From a virus (Duplodnaviria; Caudoviricetes), in the IMG/VR virus record IMGVR_UViG_3300032303_001510, positions 1 to 35,433 of that record: DNA of 35,433 nucleotides; one strand, 5' to 3'. The notes beneath the pieces are model-generated. The model was given only the letters and a program-made list of their open reading frames with translations, was not told the DNA's origin and searched no databases. Below are positions 33,472-35,433 of this stretch, one piece after another. Position 1 is the stretch's first letter; each line of letters begins with the position of its first letter. The position numbers were made by a program, and so were the translations under genes.

Positions 33472-34593
33472 TTAGTTAGCTTCAAACTGAGCTTTGAATA
33501 CACCGTTTACACCATAATTCTCATCGCCAGATGGAAACATAGCAGTTGGAGCAGAGTATAGGTCGAATGCTGCTTCTAGGAATACTTGATATGTCTCTTG
33601 GCACTCATCTGGCAAGATTCTCACATCCTGACGAACAGAAGGCAATCCCGGAATCGGCATAGTGAAGCGATTCATAACTCCAATCTGACCATAGTTACCT
33701 ACATAGTTCAGGTAAGGCAGATACAAAAGTGAACCAGGGGCAAACACGATGGCAGAATCAGCATCAGTCATGTTAGCAGCAATGTTGCTGTCAAAGTAGA
33801 AATCAGCAATCCCAGTATTATCACGAACAGTGGCAAAGTTGATACCATTTGCACCCTGACCGAAGTAGCGGCTATCGTTCATCCATACACGCTGAAGCGC
33901 ACCAGCACCACCTACAATGATAGGCGCACCGTTGAATCCTGTGTTCATGTATGATTGCTTCATTTCAAACAAACCTTTAGCCTTTACAGAGCCATCAGAA
34001 GCATTCTCAACGATGTAGGTAGGATTGGCAATATTGCCATACCATTTACCAACACCACCTAGAGCAGCAGTAATTAGGTCATCATTGATAGCCTGAATAA
34101 GAGCATTAGCAGACAGTTGGAAGTCCAAGAACATCTCACGAACTACTGACAATGCACCTTGAGCAGCACCAATGCCATTAGCCCGTTCCACAATTTGTCC
34201 CGGTTGAACCGAACCCGTTAGCTGAGTCAATTCCAGATAAGAATCGCAATATGTACGAATCTGAGCCTCAGACATTGTGAAGGAGACACCACGGTAATTG
34301 TTGATAGGTACTGTCTCTTCGATGTAGTTCATTTGACCATCGGCAGTACAGTCTTTAGTATCGGTGGCAGAAGAAGCCAGCTTGCGCTGCTTGTAAACCA
34401 CACGAACTTCCTTTAACTGCCCTGTGCCATTGTCATTGGCTTGGCGAATGATTTGACCAGCAGATAGATTTGATTGGCTAGTCAGAGCAGCAAGCATACC
34501 GCCCTGAATCTGCACATTGCCTGGGTTATTTATTAGGTTGTCAGCCAGAGATGTTAATATCGCTGGACAGACATTAGCTGTTGATAGTGACAT
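33472..34593 (-). CDS. Major capsid protein
   Basis: 373 aa, follows the scaffold-like gene and ends at a strong terminator. The call rests on size, composition and position. Confidence 0.75.
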   Translation of the reverse strand: MSLSTANVCPAILTSLADNLINNPGNVQIQGGMLAALTSQSNLSAGQIIRQANDNGTGQLKEVRVVYKQRKLASSATDTKDCTADGQMNYIEETVPINNYRGVSFTMSEAQIRTYCDSYLELTQLTGSVQPGQIVERANGIGAAQGALSVVREMFLDFQLSANALIQAINDDLITAALGGVGKWYGNIANPTYIVENASDGSVKAKGLFEMKQSYMNTGFNGAPIIVGGAGALQRVWMNDSRYFGQGANGINFATVRDNTGIADFYFDSNIAANMTDADSAIVFAPGSLLYLPYLNYVGNYGQIGVMNRFTMPIPGLPSVRQDVRILPDECQETYQVFLEAAFDLYSAPTAMFPSGDENYGVNGVFKAQFEAN

Positions 34594-34601
34594 TTTTGAA
34601 A

Positions 34602-35433
34602 CTAGATTTTAGCTGCCAGATTCGTAATATCAGCCAGAGCTGTACGAACTGAAGCAGATAGTGGAGTGCCTTGACTAGCCTGAGTTGGGATAGTCGGTAT
34701 TGTTGGTGTGCCTGCTGTGAACTGAACTTGGTTAGTGCCACCTTGACCTTGCTCCTTCAACAGCTTATTCTCTTGCAAAACTAATGCACTTAGATCAGAA
34801 TAGCTAAACTCTCTACCATTATGCACTAAAGGCAATGTAGGGTCTTTGGCATTTACGAGCCTAGCATTATTGCGCTCGGCATCATAGATGAGCTGACCAT
34901 CTAATTGAGCCAGCTTTTTCTCCAAGACTGCTGAGTAAGCCGGGATTCTGGCTGCCTCTGGAATCTGATCATTCCACTGAATGCCGTTGAGCTGGGTCTG
35001 CTCCCAAAGGTGCTTCATCTTGCTCACAAATTTCTGCTCAATAAGATGCTTGTCTGCCTCTGCCTTACTGACCAGGTCATCATACTTTGACTGAGCCTCG
35101 GCCATCTTCTTAAGAAACTCATCAGACTGGTTGCTGTTAGTGGCATTCTTAGCCTTCTCCTCCAGTTCCTTCATCTTTTTAAGTGCCAGCTTAATTTTAT
35201 CTCCGCTGTTCTTGGTTACCCGAAGCTCCTCCACTGCATTGCCATCAAGACCGTACTCTTTAGCCATCTTGATAATCTCTTCATCATAGCCCATCATGTA
35301 GTTGCTGATGAAGTGCTTTTTGAGGTCTAGGCTGGTCTTGGCTAGCTCAAAGTCATAAAGATTAGTATTGAACTTACTGCTGACTGCATCAGGGACTTGA
35401 ATGTCATTCAGCATAGAGGCTGAAATCATCAGG
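34602..35433 (-). CDS. Putative capsid scaffolding protein (C-terminal part; start at 191 across the origin)
   Basis: Charged coiled-coil, GQGG and Pro/Thr-rich linker, short C-terminal helix, directly upstream of the capsid gene. Confidence 0.75.
   Translation of the reverse strand, partial: LMISASMLNDIQVPDAVSSKFNTNLYDFELAKTSLDLKKHFISNYMMGYDEEIIKMAKEYGLDGNAVEELRVTKNSGDKIKLALKKMKELEEKAKNATNSNQSDEFLKKMAEAQSKYDDLVSKAEADKHLIEQKFVSKMKHLWEQTQLNGIQWNDQIPEAARIPAYSAVLEKKLAQLDGQLIYDAERNNARLVNAKDPTLPLVHNGREFSYSDLSALVLQENKLLKEQGQGGTNQVQFTAGTPTIPTIPTQASQGTPLSASVRTALADITNLAAKI
35311..35433. repeat. Terminal direct repeat, right copy (circular overlap)
   Basis: Identical to 1-123. Confidence 0.97.

Noticed and set aside
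35311-35433. 123-bp end repeat as a true virion terminal repeat
   Set aside because: It lies mid-gene with the frame continuing across the junction. An assembler overlap on a circularly permuted genome is simpler and fits the PBSX/SPP1-like terminase.
1-35433. Stop-codon reassignment
   Set aside because: The standard code gives dense, coupled genes, and TAA, TAG and TGA all serve as stops.

Overview
The window is a complete, circularly assembled genome of a tailed dsDNA phage. The first 123 bp are repeated exactly at 35311-35433, giving a unit length of about 35,310 bp. It is probably a siphovirus of a Bacteroidota host, because Bacteroidota-type TTTG/TAnnTTTG promoters precede its operons. 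I saw no integrase, tRNA, CRISPR array or reverse transcriptase. Most genes lie on the minus strand: replication (DUF6291-type initiator with iterons, DnaB), a ParB-methyltransferase and S-adenosylmethionine decarboxylase pair in front of TerS/TerL, tail genes, portal, MuF-like protein, lysis genes, neck genes, a family-25 glycosyltransferase, scaffold and major capsid protein. Three plus-strand islands carry small accessory genes. Main leads: (1) an AT-rich module pairing a minimal AdoMet decarboxylase with a ParB-fused amino-methyltransferase-fold enzyme whose motif I (FAGDT) has an Asp where aminopropyltransferases have it, a candidate DNA aminopropylation system; (2) cysteine-rich outer virion proteins plus a membrane CPYC protein, a candidate virion disulfide-forming system; (3) a kissing-loop/loop-E attenuator RNA upstream of the replication genes; (4) a -1 frameshift in the tail chaperone with about 235 nt of dual coding; (5) a late 3' UTR complementary to early leaders. 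All product calls come from motif recognition by eye, not database searches.
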